NCBI GenBank assembly: GCA_021802125.1
Contig: JAKAAX010000006.1
Coordinates: 7,633-71,632 of the forward strand
Direction of reading: 5' to 3'
Length of the DNA stretch: 64,000 nt
Source of the DNA: Thermoplasmata archaeon
Lineage (GTDB): Archaea; Thermoplasmatota; Thermoplasmata; Lutacidiplasmatales; UBA184
Below the pieces are notes generated by a model. That model was not told the DNA's origin. It ran no database searches and was given only the letters and a program-made list of their open reading frames with translations. The position numbers and the translations under genes were made by a program. Positions 19,134 through 27,645 of this stretch are shown here, piece after piece (positions within the stretch are counted from its first letter, which is position 1; every line of letters starts with the position of its first letter).

Positions 19134-20627
19134 TCAGGGACCGGGACCGGGACCGGAAGCCAAGAGGATTGTGTGTGACAGTCCCCGACCGCTCGCGGGC
19201 AACGGAGGCCACGCTCCCTCGGGGAGGTCCTCGAACTCCTCGGGGTGGCCGACCCCGGAGCGCACGGAGGGGACCGAGGGGGGAGGCCAAGAGACCGGGG
19301 CGACGGAAGGGCTGGGCCCAGGGGCCGCCTGGGGCTCGGGGAACACCCGGGAGATGGCGAGGCTTGGAGCCTCTCCCGCGAGCGGAAGCGGCTCGCCGCA
19401 CCGGGGACACCGCATCGGGAACCCCTGGATGTCGCCGACGACGATCGCCCCGCATCTGCGGCAGAGCGGGGGGACGAAGGCTGCGCGACCTCCGACCGAT
19501 CCTGCCACCTGGGGCGAGGGCGGTGCGGGAGGCGTGCTCACCGGCGTGAGCCCCGCCGGTAGCGGCGGGGGTCCTGTCGTGGCGCCCGGGGAACCGGGAG
19601 GAACCGTCGCCCCCGGCGTGGGCCATACAATGCCCGGAGCGGCGGCGGCGCTCTCGCTCGTCACGGACCCAGCAGGTGGAAGATCGTGGGCCGTCCACGA
19701 GGGCCATGGTCCCTCCCGGCCGGACGGGGTCAGCCCGCGGGCCCCGGGGAGCTCCCTCCCCTCTGCCGAACGCTCGCGGAGGATGACGATGAGGGCGACC
19801 ACCGCACACAACGCGAGGAACCCGTAGTGGAGGGCCAGCCCTCCGTTCTGGCCCACGGAGGGAAGGAACTGCGAGAACGAGGTCGCGTCATACCCGCCGT
19901 GGAGGAGGCTCACCACGAGCAGGTTCCCGCTGCTCCGGACGTAGGTGTAGGCGAAAGTGAGTCCCAATAGAAAGATCGGGAGGTAGAAGACCAGCGAGAC
20001 CTCCTGATAGGTCTGGGCGTAGTAGGCGTGCGCCGCGGTGAAGAGCAGGCTCGTCCAGACCGCGTGCACCTTCCAGCGGCGGGTGCCGAACAGCAGCAGG
20101 GCCCCGCCGAGGACGAACCCCCGGAAGAGCGTCTCCTCGATGACCCCCACGGGGAAGGAGATGGCGATGAAGAAGAGCGGGGCGCTGGCGGCCGTCTGCT
20201 CGAGCTGCGTGTACCGGTCCAGGAATTGGATGTAGTGGTGCGCGTCGATCGCGAGATAGACCGCCGCGAGAAGGATCACGAGGAGGATGGTGAGCACCCC
20301 GAAGACGCCGAACCAGCGGAGCCCCTCCACGGTACCGCGCTGCGTCCGGTGGACGAAGTTCCGCAGCGTCTGCGGGCCCAAGAGGGCGAAGAACGCCACG
20401 AGCCCGGGAAGGTAGGTGGTCGCGGCTCCGAAGAGCTCCCCCTGCCAAAGCCCCTGGATGTGAGGGTAGAACGGCAGGTACTGGACGTAGATGCCGGCCA
20501 TCAGGATGACGATGGCCAGGACGTAGCGCCAGAGATCCGGGACGTGCAGCGGCGTCGGGGATGGCGAGTGAGCCTGCACGGTAGCGAGCGGGGCGACCAC
20601 GTTCCCGTCCGACCAACCTCCCGCCAT
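19134..20627 (-). CDS. CPBP-family (CAAX/Abi) intramembrane metalloprotease fused to a Pro-rich linker and C-terminal zinc ribbon
   Basis: CPBP motifs are VIEETLFRGFV, FTAAHAY and SLLHGGYD. The C-terminal half carries CRRCGAIV....RCPRCGEPL. Confidence 0.8.
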   Translation of the reverse strand: MAGGWSDGNVVAPLATVQAHSPSPTPLHVPDLWRYVLAIVILMAGIYVQYLPFYPHIQGLWQGELFGAATTYLPGLVAFFALLGPQTLRNFVHRTQRGTVEGLRWFGVFGVLTILLVILLAAVYLAIDAHHYIQFLDRYTQLEQTAASAPLFFIAISFPVGVIEETLFRGFVLGGALLLFGTRRWKVHAVWTSLLFTAAHAYYAQTYQEVSLVFYLPIFLLGLTFAYTYVRSSGNLLVVSLLHGGYDATSFSQFLPSVGQNGGLALHYGFLALCAVVALIVILRERSAEGRELPGARGLTPSGREGPWPSWTAHDLPPAGSVTSESAAAAPGIVWPTPGATVPPGSPGATTGPPPLPAGLTPVSTPPAPPSPQVAGSVGGRAAFVPPLCRRCGAIVVGDIQGFPMRCPRCGEPLPLAGEAPSLAISRVFPEPQAAPGPSPSVAPVSWPPPSVPSVRSGVGHPEEFEDLPEGAWPPLPASGRGLSHTILLASGPGPGP

Positions 20628-20757
20628 GATGAGCCTTCACGCGCGGGCGGACCCAACCGGGGAGGGCGGCGGGACCCAGCGGGGTCCCCCCGCGAGCGCC
20701 AGAATGCCTCCAAGCCAGGGGGAACGACGTCGCGTGGGGTCGGGCGGCGTGGCCCCT

Positions 20758-21225
20758 TCAGGCACGCGTGTGGGTCAGGACCGTCCGGTCCTTCAGCCGC
20801 TGCTGACAGTAGCTGTACAGCGCGTCGTAGGCGGGGAACTGCAGTCGCATGTTCTCGTGGTCATCCTTCGCGACGGCCCGGAAGCCCATCGCGAGCGCCT
20901 CCAGTCCCGCGGACTCCGCCCGAGGGTGGGCGAGGTTCGCGTCCGCGCCGCGGACGATCTCGGCGAGGTCGAGAAGCGCCGGGTCGGTCAGCTTGTACTT
21001 GCGGATGACCGCGTCGAAGCTCACCCGCTCCTCCCCCCTCTCCTCGTAGTGGAAGATCTCCGCGCCGGGCGTGTCGAAGGGGATCGCCCCGTCCTTCTTC
21101 GCGACCTCCAGGACCTTCTCCTTGGGGACGAAGAGGAACTCGGCCTCCTTGTCCACGAATCGCTTGATCACCCAGGGGCACGCGATGCGGTCGACCTTCG
21201 CCTTCTCTCGGGTCACGAACTTCAT
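20758..21225 (-). CDS. ChrB C-terminal domain (chromate-resistance-associated) protein
   Basis: VTREKAKVDRIACPWVIKRFVDKEAEFLFVP...IPFDTPGAEIFH matches the stand-alone ChrB_C family pattern as I recall it. Confidence 0.7.
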   Translation of the reverse strand: MKFVTREKAKVDRIACPWVIKRFVDKEAEFLFVPKEKVLEVAKKDGAIPFDTPGAEIFHYEERGEERVSFDAVIRKYKLTDPALLDLAEIVRGADANLAHPRAESAGLEALAMGFRAVAKDDHENMRLQFPAYDALYSYCQQRLKDRTVLTHTRA

Positions 21226-21311
21226 GGTCCACCTTACGCCGTCGAAACGGCAGAAGGGATGAACCCTCAGTATACCGGTCCGAACCCCCCGCAGGGGCGA
21301 CCTAGGGCGAA

Positions 21312-21833
21312 CTACTGGGGCTCGGCGGGGCCCGAGGCGGCCGGGGAGGCGCCGTCGGGGGTCTGCGTCCCGTCGGTCTTCCGTCTACGGGGGACCTCCT
21401 TGCCGTGGATCCCATAGTCGCTCACCGCGAAGGACCAGGGCCGGTAGACCTCTTCGGTCACCTGGACCTTGGGCTCGGGCTTCTTGGGGGGAAAGTAGGG
21501 AACGGTTCCCGGGGCGTGCGCCACCGTCGGCACGGGGGTCCTCGCAAGGCCGACGCCCGCGCGGAGCGGGGCCCGCGTGGAGGGGTCAAGTGCCGGCGCG
21601 GCGGCGAGCCTCTTTCCCGGCGGGGGAGCATAGGCTCCCGACACGGAGTTGGAGGGCGTGGGAGCCTGGGCCTGGAGCCCGTTGAAGCGAAGGAAGGAGA
21701 GGAGTGCCCGTCGGGGCTGGGGTTCGTCGCGGTTCGGCGTAGAGGTCTGCACGGACGCGATCGAGCCGGTTCGCACTACTTGAAGGCTGACGATTAGTGG
21801 CGTTCCAGAGCGTGGATTGCGTGCTAGTGACAC
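21312..21833 (-). CDS. hypothetical protein (Pro/Ala-rich)
   Basis: 173-aa ORF with high third-position GC in this frame. The opposite-strand ORF looks like a shadow frame. No family recognised. Confidence 0.4.
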   Translation of the reverse strand: MSLARNPRSGTPLIVSLQVVRTGSIASVQTSTPNRDEPQPRRALLSFLRFNGLQAQAPTPSNSVSGAYAPPPGKRLAAAPALDPSTRAPLRAGVGLARTPVPTVAHAPGTVPYFPPKKPEPKVQVTEEVYRPWSFAVSDYGIHGKEVPRRRKTDGTQTPDGASPAASGPAEPQ

Positions 21834-21852
21834 GCAGGGAGAGGCCGGAGGG

Positions 21853-22173
21853 CTACCCCTCCCCCTCTCCTTCGTCGTCGTTCCCCTCCGGACGCTCCGG
21901 GAGGTTGCGGCCCTGCGAGGGAGCGGCGATCCCTCCGCTCGACCAGGTCCGCTCGGCCGCCGTGAGGCATGCGAGAGCGTCGTCGAGGGTCCGCTGGAGC
22001 TCCCCGACGCTCGCGGCGCGGGCCTCGAGCACCAGTTCTGCTCCCTCGGTGCGTCCGAGGACGAACGTCGAGTTGTCGGGGGCGAGCGCCTTCAGGAGCG
22101 TCTCCGCCTCCTCCCGGGAGGAGCAGGTGCGTCGCACGGTGGCGGTGGCTCCAACCGACGTGGGCACCGTCAT
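21853..22173 (-). CDS. KEOPS complex subunit Pcc1-like protein
   Basis: ATG 22173 overlaps the upstream stop (ATGA). TATVRRTCSSREEAETLLKALAPDNSTFVLGRTEGAELVLEARAASVGELQRTLDDALACL fits the Pcc1/CTAG pattern (beta-strand, alpha-helix, LRaxxnsfLrwl-like helix). Confidence 0.55.
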   Translation of the reverse strand: MTVPTSVGATATVRRTCSSREEAETLLKALAPDNSTFVLGRTEGAELVLEARAASVGELQRTLDDALACLTAAERTWSSGGIAAPSQGRNLPERPEGNDDEGEGEG

Positions 22174-23177
22174 CGACGCTTCTTCTCCCGTTGCGCGCCG
22201 GCGGGGGCGGCCGTCGCGTTCGGGGACTTCTTCCCAGGACCGGCCGAGAGGGCGCCGAAGACCGGGGCCTGGGCCTGGCCCTGCTCCGTCAGGGCCCTCT
22301 GCGCCTGCCGGTGAAGATGCCCGAGCACGCTCGGCCAGACCTTCCGGTCCTTCCGTTCCTTGTTCTCGAAGTTCTCGACCCCGAGGTACTTCGAGAACGC
22401 CTGCTCGGCGGGGCCCACCCACTTCCCATCCAGAGGTCCGAAGTAGTAGCCCAGGGCCCTCAGGTCCTTCTGGAGCTCCATGACCACCTCCGGGCGGAGG
22501 GGGACGAGCGTCCCAGGGTCCTCGCGCTCGAGCATCGTCATGTCGTAGAGCCGGAAGACGCGCTTGAGCTCCTCGATCGGAGTGGGATGGTCGTCCACCC
22601 GCAGGTCGATGTACCGGTCGAGGTCCTTCCCGTAGCTTCCCTGAGGCTTTGCGACGTAGAGGGCCGCGGACTGCTGCCCCCTCCGGTCCCCGCCCATCTT
22701 CTGTCCTGCGGTGAGCGCGGCGAGCAAGCGGTCCGCGAGGTCGCCCGGGGTGGTCTCCATGGCCCTCGCCATCGCCTCGACGACGTCCTGGGAGAGCAGG
22801 ATGTTCCCCTGGCAGGCGAACCCTTCTCCCACGACGTGCCCGGCCCATTCCATGCACTTGGGTCCGGTGTACGAGGCGGCGCGGCCCTTCCCGTCGACGA
22901 TGCCCAGCTGCCGGTGATCCCGCTTGGGGTCGGCCCGGGCGAGGCGCTCGATGACCTCGGCCGCGGAGAGCCCCTTGCGCAGGAGCGCGAGCCCCTCCGG
23001 CCCGTAGCTCATGTTGGCGAGCGCCTGCGTCGCGATCGCCCCGGTCTCAGCTTCGACCCAGGGGACGACGGACCCCACGGAGATGAACTTGGACTGGACC
23101 GCCACGCCCCACTCTCGCCGGTCGAGGTCGGCCGCCACGATCGAGAACGTGCTCGGACGGGCGACGCGGTGGGGCAT
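22170..23177 (-). CDS. DUF1028 (Ntn-hydrolase-fold) protein with C-terminal peptidoglycan-binding-like (PG_binding_1) domain
   Basis: STFSIVAADLDRREWGVAVQSKF is the typical DUF1028 N-terminus. The C-terminal VMELQKDLRALGYYFGPLDGKWVGPAEQAFSKYLG is a PG_binding_1 motif. The start is taken at ATG 23177. Confidence 0.8.
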   Translation of the reverse strand: MPHRVARPSTFSIVAADLDRREWGVAVQSKFISVGSVVPWVEAETGAIATQALANMSYGPEGLALLRKGLSAAEVIERLARADPKRDHRQLGIVDGKGRAASYTGPKCMEWAGHVVGEGFACQGNILLSQDVVEAMARAMETTPGDLADRLLAALTAGQKMGGDRRGQQSAALYVAKPQGSYGKDLDRYIDLRVDDHPTPIEELKRVFRLYDMTMLEREDPGTLVPLRPEVVMELQKDLRALGYYFGPLDGKWVGPAEQAFSKYLGVENFENKERKDRKVWPSVLGHLHRQAQRALTEQGQAQAPVFGALSAGPGKKSPNATAAPAGAQREKKRR

Positions 23178-23278
23178 CGAGGGCTCCTGTCCCGCGGAAC
23201 GCGGCCGAGCTTTGAAGGCTCCCAGCGCTCGGACCGACCGGGGGTCGACCCTCTCCTCGCTCAAAGCCGGTGGCCGCC

Positions 23279-24274
23279 TCACCCGGTGGACGTGCAGCAG
23301 GTCTCGTCGGAGGCGTGCCTCCGCGAGGGGTCGTGCGCCTCGACCTCGAAGACGGCGTGGACGATCCCGAAGTCGTCCGCCAGCCGCTCTCTCAGCTGCG
23401 CGATCACCCGCATGCTGTCCCGGACCGAGATGTCCGCCGTCCGGACGTGGGCCGTCATACAGACAAGGGAGGAGCAGACCGACCAGACGTGGACGTCGTG
23501 CAGGCCCTCGACGTTCGGAACGGACTTCGCCGTGCGGACGATGGCCTCCACCGAGAGGTCCTTCGGGACCTTCTCCGACAGCGTGGCCCAGGACTCCCGG
23601 AACAGGGGGATGGACTCCCAGATGAGGATCGCCGCCACGAACAGGGCGGCGGCGGGGTCCACCCAGGTGAGGGTGGGCCGGAGGAGGAGGACGACGCCGA
23701 CCGACAGGAGCGCGAGGGTGATCAGCACGTCGCTCAGCAGGTGGAGGAAGACGCTGCGGAGGTTGAGGTCGCGCGCTCGCCGGGGCGTGCGGCCGACGAG
23801 GACCGCCGAAGCGGAGCGGAACACGATCGTCGGCACGGCCGCGGCCACGAGCCAGAGCGGGTCCACGCTCCCGAGCGGGGGACGACCGGCCTCCAGGGCC
23901 GAGATCGAGGCGTAGGCGAAGCCCAGGCCGGTCGACAGGATGAGGCAGGCGTTCACGAGGGCGGCGAAGACCTCGGCCCGGTGGAGGCCGAAGGTGTGCT
24001 CGCTCGTCGCGCCCTTGCCGGCCAAGGACAGGGCCTCGAAGGAGACCGCGAAGGCGATCAGGTCCGGGATGTCGTGGACGGCGTCCGCGGTGAGCGAGAG
24101 GCTTCGGCTGAACCAGGCCCCCAGAGCCTCCACCAGGAGGATGATGACGGCGAAGAGAAGCGAGATCTTCAGACCACGAAGGACCGAAGCCTCGGCCTCG
24201 CCCTCCCCGTGGGGCTGCGCTCGGCCAGAAGGACGCACGGTGGCGGAGGTCGCCGTCGGGACGGACATGCCCAT
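23279..24274 (-). CDS. cation diffusion facilitator (CzcD/ZitB-type) metal efflux transporter
   Basis: SLSLTADAVHDIPD, HTFGLHRAEV, HLLSDVLI, and the C-terminal domain VHDVHVWSV..MTAHV are present. Confidence 0.9.
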   Translation of the reverse strand: MGMSVPTATSATVRPSGRAQPHGEGEAEASVLRGLKISLLFAVIILLVEALGAWFSRSLSLTADAVHDIPDLIAFAVSFEALSLAGKGATSEHTFGLHRAEVFAALVNACLILSTGLGFAYASISALEAGRPPLGSVDPLWLVAAAVPTIVFRSASAVLVGRTPRRARDLNLRSVFLHLLSDVLITLALLSVGVVLLLRPTLTWVDPAAALFVAAILIWESIPLFRESWATLSEKVPKDLSVEAIVRTAKSVPNVEGLHDVHVWSVCSSLVCMTAHVRTADISVRDSMRVIAQLRERLADDFGIVHAVFEVEAHDPSRRHASDETCCTSTG

Positions 24275-24278
24275 GAGG

Positions 24279-24542
24279 TCAGAGCGCGCTGGCCACGACC
24301 TCCCGCAGCTCTTCGACCGCCTGTCCGGTCGAGCTCCTTTCGGGGACGGTGCGCAGGCACTCCGCGACCAGCTCGTCCACGATGGCTTGGAGGGCGGCGT
24401 CGAGCGAGGACCGGACGGCCGAGATCTGGTGCACGATGTCGGGGTAGCTTCGCCCCTCGTGGGTCATGGTGTGCACCGCGTGCAGGTGCCCCTCGATCCG
24501 CGCGAGCCGTGCCTCGATGGCGTGCCTTCCGCTTGGCACCAT
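24279..24542 (-). CDS. CsoR/RcnR-family (DUF156) metal-sensing transcriptional repressor, non-canonical ligand set
   Basis: 87 aa. RLARIEGHL....DIVHQISAVRSSL is colinear with CsoR. It ends 4 nt upstream of the CDF start. Confidence 0.85.
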   Translation of the reverse strand: MVPSGRHAIEARLARIEGHLHAVHTMTHEGRSYPDIVHQISAVRSSLDAALQAIVDELVAECLRTVPERSSTGQAVEELREVVASAL

Positions 24543-24559
24543 ATCCCCTCGGGGGGGAT
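24543..24559. promoter_or_regulatory. putative repressor operator A (ATCCCC-N5-GGGGAT palindrome) abutting the csoR-like start codon
   Basis: The plus strand reads ATCCCCTCGGGGGGGAT. It has the same half-sites as operator B and covers the expected transcription start. Confidence 0.5.
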
Positions 24560-24576
24560 GCTAGGCCGGCTCTACC

Positions 24577-24582
24577 TATAAA
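24577..24582 (-). promoter_or_regulatory. TATA box (TTTATA on the minus strand) of the csoR-like/CDF operon
   Basis: A perfect archaeal TATA hexamer lies 35-40 nt upstream of ATG 24542, between the two palindromes. Confidence 0.6.
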
Positions 24583-24586
24583 TCGT

Positions 24587-24609
24587 CCTATCCCCCCCTG
24601 GGGGATAGG
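24587..24609. promoter_or_regulatory. putative repressor operator B (CCTATCCCCC-N3-GGGGGATAGG perfect inverted repeat)
   Basis: A perfect 10-bp inverted repeat lies directly upstream of the TATA box. Its C-tract/G-tract architecture resembles known CsoR boxes. Confidence 0.55.
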
Positions 24610-24651
24610 CTGGCGGCCCCGGAGCGTGGCGGGTGGCCCGGCCCACCGCCT

Positions 24652-25752
24652 TCACTCTTCCTGCCATCGGAAGGCACGGATCGCGGCGAGGAAGAGGAGG
24701 ACCGCGAGCCCGACCACGACGAGCAGGTCCGTCAGCGCTCCCGTGGTGTTCTGGAACACCATCGTGTTGTTGAGCCCGTCGATGACGTAGTAGAGCGGAA
24801 GGACGTGGGCCACGGCCTGGAGATAATCGGGGAAGAGGGAGACCGGGAAGAATGTCCCGGAGAGGAACATCATCGGGAACGTCACGAGGTTGCCCACGAC
24901 CGAGGCGCTCTCGGGGGTCTTCGAGAAGGTGCCCAGGAGAAGGCCCAACGAAACGAAGAGCATGGGCCCGAAGATGAGGAAGGGGATGGTCAGGAGCGTC
25001 GGGGTCGCCGTCGCCCCGAAGAGCCCTCGTCCCACCGCCAGCATGACGACCGTGGACGCGAAGACCAGCACCAGATACCAAAGGACGGAGGCGGCGAGCC
25101 ACTCCCCGCGCGTGAGCGGGGTCAAGGACAGCTGGCGGAACAGTTTCTGTTTCTTGTACTGGGCGGCGATGTTCGTCATCGAGAACATCGGGCTCGTCAG
25201 GATCGAGAAACCGATGAGCCCGGGGACGAGGTAGTCGATGTACTGGTACGTCGTGCTCCCGACGTTGAGCTCCATCGTCCCCACCACGGGGGCTTGCCCC
25301 GACTGGGCGTAGTTCATCGACGTCACGGCGTACCCGACCGCGCCCTGGACGATCCCGGCCGTCGAGGGCTGGGCCGGGTCGGTGTAGACAATGACCTTGA
25401 CCGGACGGTGGGCCGCGAAGGAGGCCTGGAAGCCTGCCGGCAGGACGATCCCTGCGGTGTACCCCTTCGAGACCAACCACGTGGAGAGGTTGCCGACGGA
25501 GGAGGAGACCATGTGGACCGAGACCGCGCCCGTCGCGTTCAGGCTGGTGAGGAACATCTGGCTCGCCACCGAGGTCCCGTCCAAGTTCTGGACATAGACG
25601 GGGGACGAGCTCGAACCGGTGTTCGAGAAGATGGAGCCGAAAAGGAGGATCAGGATGATCGGGAAGATGAGCGAGAAGAAGAGCCCGACGCGGCTCCTCA
25701 GGTAGGTCCGGGCGAAGACCAGGAGGTAGGCCGCCACCCTCGAGGGCCTCAT
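24652..25752 (-). CDS. ABC-2 type transporter permease (copy 1)
   Basis: Six to seven TM helices. It is colinear with copy 2 at 30867..32087 (FSLIFPIILILLFGSIF, EYKKxKLF, LSLTPLTRGEWL, VTFPMMFLSGTFFPV, LPLYYVIDG). ATG 25752 overlaps the ATPase stop. Confidence 0.85.
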   Translation of the reverse strand: MRPSRVAAYLLVFARTYLRSRVGLFFSLIFPIILILLFGSIFSNTGSSSSPVYVQNLDGTSVASQMFLTSLNATGAVSVHMVSSSVGNLSTWLVSKGYTAGIVLPAGFQASFAAHRPVKVIVYTDPAQPSTAGIVQGAVGYAVTSMNYAQSGQAPVVGTMELNVGSTTYQYIDYLVPGLIGFSILTSPMFSMTNIAAQYKKQKLFRQLSLTPLTRGEWLAASVLWYLVLVFASTVVMLAVGRGLFGATATPTLLTIPFLIFGPMLFVSLGLLLGTFSKTPESASVVGNLVTFPMMFLSGTFFPVSLFPDYLQAVAHVLPLYYVIDGLNNTMVFQNTTGALTDLLVVVGLAVLLFLAAIRAFRWQEE

Positions 25753-26705
25753 GTCCGCCCTCCCTTCGCGTCCGTCCCGGGCTCGGATGCCCGCGATCCT
25801 CCCTCGTCGATCCGCCCCACCAGCCGGACAAAGACGTCCTCGAGGGTGTCGCGCGTCGTCCCCACCCCCGACCACGCGAGACCGCTTGCGGAGACCCACT
25901 GGAGCACCTCCAGGATCTCCTCCTTGGCCTGGACCTCCACCTCCGTCCGTCCGTTCACGAGCGAGACGGGACGGCGCCACCACCCTTCGAGGGCCTTCGC
26001 GAGGGACGGTGGTCCCTCGAGGACCAGCCGCTGAGGTCGCCCGAACCTCTCGATGATCTCGCCCGGCGTACCGTGGGCGATGATCTTTCCGTGGTCGATG
26101 ATCGCGACGCGGTCGGCGAGGCTCTGGGCCTCCTCGAGATAGTGCGTCGTGAGGAAGATCGTCCGTCCTCCCTTGCGGAGGGACCGGATCACGGTCCAGA
26201 CGGTCCGGCGCGCCTGGGGGTCGAGCCCAGTTGTCGGTTCGTCCAGGAAGAGGACCTCCGGGTCGTTCACCAGGGCGAGCGCGAGGCCCAGCTTCTGCTT
26301 CTGTCCGCCCGAGAGCTTCTCGAACTGGTCGTCCGCCTTCTCCTCGAGCTCGACCTCCCGCAGAAGCGACACGGGGTCCGGCCGCTTGTCGAAGAGGCGG
26401 GCGTAGAACTGGATCGCCTCGGTGGGCGTGATCTTGTCGAAGAAGGAGAAGTCCTGGGGGATCACCCCCACGCGACGCTGCAGCTTCGCGCGCTCCGTCC
26501 AAGGGTCGTGGCCCAGCACCCGGACCTTCCCGGCGCTCCGGGGACGGATGCCTTCCAGGACCTCCACCGTGGTCGTCTTTCCGGCCCCGTTCGGGCCCAG
26601 GAAGGCGAAGACCTCTCCCGCCCGAAGCTTCAGGTCAATCCCGTCGACCGCCGCCAGGGGGCCGTAGCGTTTCACCAGGCCCTGCACCTCGACCGTGGGC
26701 TCCAT
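25749..26705 (-). CDS. ABC transporter ATP-binding protein (copy 1)
   Basis: Walker A is GPNGAGKTT, the signature is LSGGQKQKL, and Walker B is LFLDEPTTGLD. The H-loop TTHYLEE is present. The start is taken at ATG 26705 (MEPTVEVQGL) by analogy with the paralog. Confidence 0.9.
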   Translation of the reverse strand: MEPTVEVQGLVKRYGPLAAVDGIDLKLRAGEVFAFLGPNGAGKTTTVEVLEGIRPRSAGKVRVLGHDPWTERAKLQRRVGVIPQDFSFFDKITPTEAIQFYARLFDKRPDPVSLLREVELEEKADDQFEKLSGGQKQKLGLALALVNDPEVLFLDEPTTGLDPQARRTVWTVIRSLRKGGRTIFLTTHYLEEAQSLADRVAIIDHGKIIAHGTPGEIIERFGRPQRLVLEGPPSLAKALEGWWRRPVSLVNGRTEVEVQAKEEILEVLQWVSASGLAWSGVGTTRDTLEDVFVRLVGRIDEGGSRASEPGTDAKGGRT

Positions 26706-26968
26706 GCCTCTCCTGGCGCGTCCTTCGGGCCGCTCTTCGTTCCCCGCCCGACGGCGAGGACGACGGCGCGGCCACCGGTCTTGACCTACATCTCCCGTCC
26801 GTCCGGCCTCGCCCACGGTCCCCCCTCCATCCAGGGGAGACACGGCCGGGCACGGGGGGGCGGGCCGCTCAGCTCCTACGGCGGCCGCGAGCTCGCCTTC
26901 GCGTGTCAACCGGACTTAACGCCGAGTGTAAACGCTCGGGCGAGGGTGGTCTACCGAGGTCCAAGCGT

Positions 26969-27595
26969 ATGCCCGCTCCCGCTCCAGCTCCGAGCCGTCC
27001 ACACGTCGTGATCCGCTCCCGCGATCCCCCCTCGATGGCCTCTCCGAAAGAGGAGGTCTCCCGCGCTGCGCCCACCGGCGCCGCGCGGAACGGGGGACCG
27101 GAACCGAAGGTGCGGGACCTGATGTCGACCGAGCTCCTGGTCTGCCAGAGCTCCGACAGCTGCGAGGAGGTCGCCGAGCGGATGCGTCAGGGGAACGTCG
27201 GGATGCTCCCGGTGATGGACGGAGGACGCCCGGTGGGGGTCGTGACCGACCGGGACCTCGTCACGCGCCATCTGGCCCCCGGGCTCGGGCGCGTCCCGCA
27301 CCGCTCCGTCGCGCTCTGCATGACCCCACGCCTCATCGCGGTCGGCCCCGAAGCCTCCGTCTCGGAGGCGACCCGGCTCATGCGCGAGAGCGGAGTGCGG
27401 CGGCTCTTGGTGCTCCAGCAGGGGGTCCTTCAGGGGATCGTGACCCTGGACGACATCACGCTCGAGGTCGGTCGCCTGGCGAGCGCGGCCCTGGTCATCC
27501 AGCGGGCCCTGTCCGACTACCACGAGGGTCGCATGACCTCGCGCAAGGCGGCCCGGGGGGACCGAGGGGTCCCCCAGGTGACGGTAAAGGCATGA
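26969..27595 (+). CDS. CBS-pair domain protein
   Basis: The two CBS motifs are VRDLMSTELLVCQ..VGMLPVMDGGRPVGVVTDRDL and CMTPRLIAV..RRLLVLQQGVLQGIVTLDDI. The start is ambiguous among 26903, 26969 and 27035. Confidence 0.75.
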   Translation: MPAPAPAPSRPHVVIRSRDPPSMASPKEEVSRAAPTGAARNGGPEPKVRDLMSTELLVCQSSDSCEEVAERMRQGNVGMLPVMDGGRPVGVVTDRDLVTRHLAPGLGRVPHRSVALCMTPRLIAVGPEASVSEATRLMRESGVRRLLVLQQGVLQGIVTLDDITLEVGRLASAALVIQRALSDYHEGRMTSRKAARGDRGVPQVTVKA

Positions 27596-27645
27596 GCGCG
27601 TGAAACGCGCGTCGGGGCCGTAGGGACCGGGCCCCACCGGCGGGA

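Noticed and set aside
20626-20660. ATGATGA at 20626-20632 as the C box of another C/D sRNA.
   Set aside because: No CUGA D or D' box lies at the required spacing of about 12 nt, and there is no C'/D pair or terminal stem. The heptamer simply overlaps the CPBP gene start region.
26706-26968. Longer N-termini for the divergent ABC ATPase (TTG 26909) and CBS protein (GTG 26903) as given by the track.
   Set aside because: The two extensions would overlap each other head-on across the only AT-rich promoter-like element (26915-26932). The paralogous ATPase starts three residues before the conserved core, which supports ATG 26705.
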